The position numbers were made by a program, and so were the translations under genes. A model generated the notes under the pieces. The model made no database searches. It was not told where the DNA came from and saw only the letters and a program-made list of their open reading frames with translations. Source: a virus (taxonomy: Duplodnaviria; Heunggongvirae; Uroviricota; Caudoviricetes). From it: 8,320 nucleotides of DNA. This document shows positions 7,021 through 8,320 of the stretch, piece after piece; the stretch's first letter is position 1, and every line of letters starts with the position of its first letter. The stretch is taken from positions 1 to 8,320 of IMG/VR virus record IMGVR_UViG_2563366990_000016; one strand, 5' to 3'.

Positions 7021-7094
7021 TTTTAATAACTGGCTCAAAGCTGAAAGCTTTCCGGAACCCCCAGCCTAGCTGGGGGTTTTCTGTGCACAACAAA

Positions 7095-7123
7095 GCCCGC
7101 AGCGTAAAAACTGCGGGCTTTTT
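7095..7123 (+). terminator. Rho-independent terminator-like hairpin just outside the IS200 left end; possibly the displaced terminator of hok-like unit 2
   Basis: GCCCGCAG-cgtaaaaa-CTGCGGGC followed by TTTTT (7119-7123). The stem sequence GCCCGCA is the same as in the unit-1 terminator at 5923-5939. Confidence 0.5.
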
Positions 7124-7160
7124 CTATATCTCGAAAATGTGGTCATTGCGTGGACAACAA

Positions 7161-7184
7161 TTGATATAAATCCTTTTATATCAA
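7161..7184. promoter_or_regulatory. Perfect 10-bp inverted repeat in the flk upstream region
   Basis: TTGATATAAA-tcct-TTTATATCAA, ~140 bp upstream of the flk ATG in an AT-rich stretch. Function unknown. Confidence 0.3.
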
Positions 7185-7324
7185 AATGTTAAATAATTTT
7201 CATTTTTCATCAACAAGGATTTTCACGTTTGTGTTACCTGTATGAGACGAGAGTTAACCGGACAAGTGTGCCATAATCTCGCGGCCAGGCATACTTGCGA
7301 AGATTTCAGGTATAAGGATACGTA

Positions 7325-8320
7325 ATGATACAACCTATTTCCGGCCCTCCTCCTGGGCAACCACCAGGTCAGGGAGATAACCTGCCGTCTGGCGCGGGCA
7401 ATCAGCCTTTATCCAGTCAGCAACGTACTTCGCTGGAAAGCTTAATGACGAAAGTGACCTCACTGACGCAACAGCAAAGAGCAGAACTGTGGGCGGGTAT
7501 CAGGCACGATATTGGTCTGTCGGGAGATTCACCGCTGCTTTCGCGTCACTTCCCTGCCGCTGAGCACAATCTGGCGCAACGTCTGCTGGCCGCGCAAAAA
7601 AGCCATTCTGCCCGCCAGCTTTTAGCGCAATTAGGGGAGTATTTACGTCTGGGGAATAATCGTCAGGCGGTCACGGATTATATCCGTCATAACTTTGGTC
7701 AGACGCCGCTGAATCAGCTCTCACCGGAGCAATTAAAAACCATTCTAACCCTGTTGCAGGAAGGGAAGATGGTTATTCCGCAACCGCAGCAGCGCGAGGC
7801 GACCGACCGTCCGTTATTACCGGCGGAGCACAATGCGCTCAAACAGCTGGTGACCAAACTTGCGGCGGCAACGGGAGAACCCAGCAAACAGATCTGGCAA
7901 TCGATGCTGGAACTTTCCGGGGTGAAAGATGGCGAGTTAATTCCAGCGAAACTGTTTAACCATCTGGTGACCTGGCTGCAGGCGCGTCAGACGCTAAGCC
8001 AGCAAAATACGCCGACGCTTGAATCACTACAGATGGCGCTGAAACAACCTTTAGATGCCAGTGAACTGGCGGCGTTATCGGCATATATCCAGCAAAAATA
8101 TGGCCTTTCTGCGCAATCATCGCTTTCTTCTGCCCAGGCCGAGGATATTCTTAATCAGCTTTATCAACGGCGGGTTAAAGGGATTGATCCGCGTGATATG
8201 CAACCGCTGCTTAATCCTTTTCCACCGATGATGGACACGTTGCAAAATATGGCAACGCGTCCCGCGCTGTGGATACTGTTAGTCGCGATTATCCTGATGC
8301 TGGTCTGGCTGGTTCGTTAA
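7325..8320 (+). CDS. flk: Flagellar regulator Flk-like protein (331 aa), C-terminally membrane-anchored
   Basis: AAGGA at 7311-7315 precedes ATG 7325; stop TAA is the last codon of the window. Pro/Gln-rich N-terminus MIQPISGPPPGQPPGQ and a single C-terminal hydrophobic helix (ALWILLVAIILMLVWLV) match what I recall of enterobacterial Flk. The identification is from memory and not verified. Confidence 0.65.
   Translation: MIQPISGPPPGQPPGQGDNLPSGAGNQPLSSQQRTSLESLMTKVTSLTQQQRAELWAGIRHDIGLSGDSPLLSRHFPAAEHNLAQRLLAAQKSHSARQLLAQLGEYLRLGNNRQAVTDYIRHNFGQTPLNQLSPEQLKTILTLLQEGKMVIPQPQQREATDRPLLPAEHNALKQLVTKLAAATGEPSKQIWQSMLELSGVKDGELIPAKLFNHLVTWLQARQTLSQQNTPTLESLQMALKQPLDASELAALSAYIQQKYGLSAQSSLSSAQAEDILNQLYQRRVKGIDPRDMQPLLNPFPPMMDTLQNMATRPALWILLVAIILMLVWLVR

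Larger units (their letters stand above)
6380..7092 (-). mobile_element. IS200 insertion sequence (IS200/IS605 family), ~710 bp; ends estimated to within ~15 bp
   Basis: Contains the single tnpA ORF. Matching GC-rich subterminal hairpins near both ends: CCTCCGGC-ata-GCCGGAGG (6387-6405) and CCCCCAGC-cta-GCTGGGGG (7058-7076). A long stem-loop (6951-7020) overlaps the tnpA ribosome-binding site. Overall size fits the ~707 bp I recall for IS200. Confidence 0.8.

Noticed and set aside
6562-7169. Plus-strand ORFs 6562-6927 and 6837-7169 and minus-strand ORF 6902-7093 inside IS200
   Set aside because: They overlap tnpA in antisense or alternate frames, or cover the structured leader; no independent support.

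Overview
The window reads as the 3' end of a prophage tail operon abutting chromosomal DNA, probably from an E. coli/Salmonella-like enterobacterium. All calls rest on reading the sequence and recalled family signatures; no database search was run. From left to right: (1) a 5'-truncated side tail fibre gene (1-1305) and a tail fibre assembly gene (1305-1901); (2) three tightly coupled, uncharacterised genes (1913-4828) that continue the same operon, the last of which carries a gp5/gpV/VgrG-type OB-fold signature and a His-x-His C-terminal tip, so it looks like a baseplate spike; (3) a weak terminator and a ~600-bp non-coding region packed with short repeats: ten (C/G)ACGTAA heptamers, TTTTGCA palindromes and phased A-tracts; (4) two tandem copies of a Hok/Gef-family type I toxin locus, each with a 46-aa ORF (5691-5831 and 6149-6289) that the ORF track missed because of its length; (5) an IS200 element (~6380-7092, tnpA 6487-6945 on the minus strand) that appears to sit inside the 3' UTR of the second hok copy; (6) a complete gene resembling the flagellar regulator flk (7325-8320). 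The best candidate for an undescribed system is the three-gene cassette at 1913-4828; the repeat array and the duplicated hok loci are the other regions worth follow-up.
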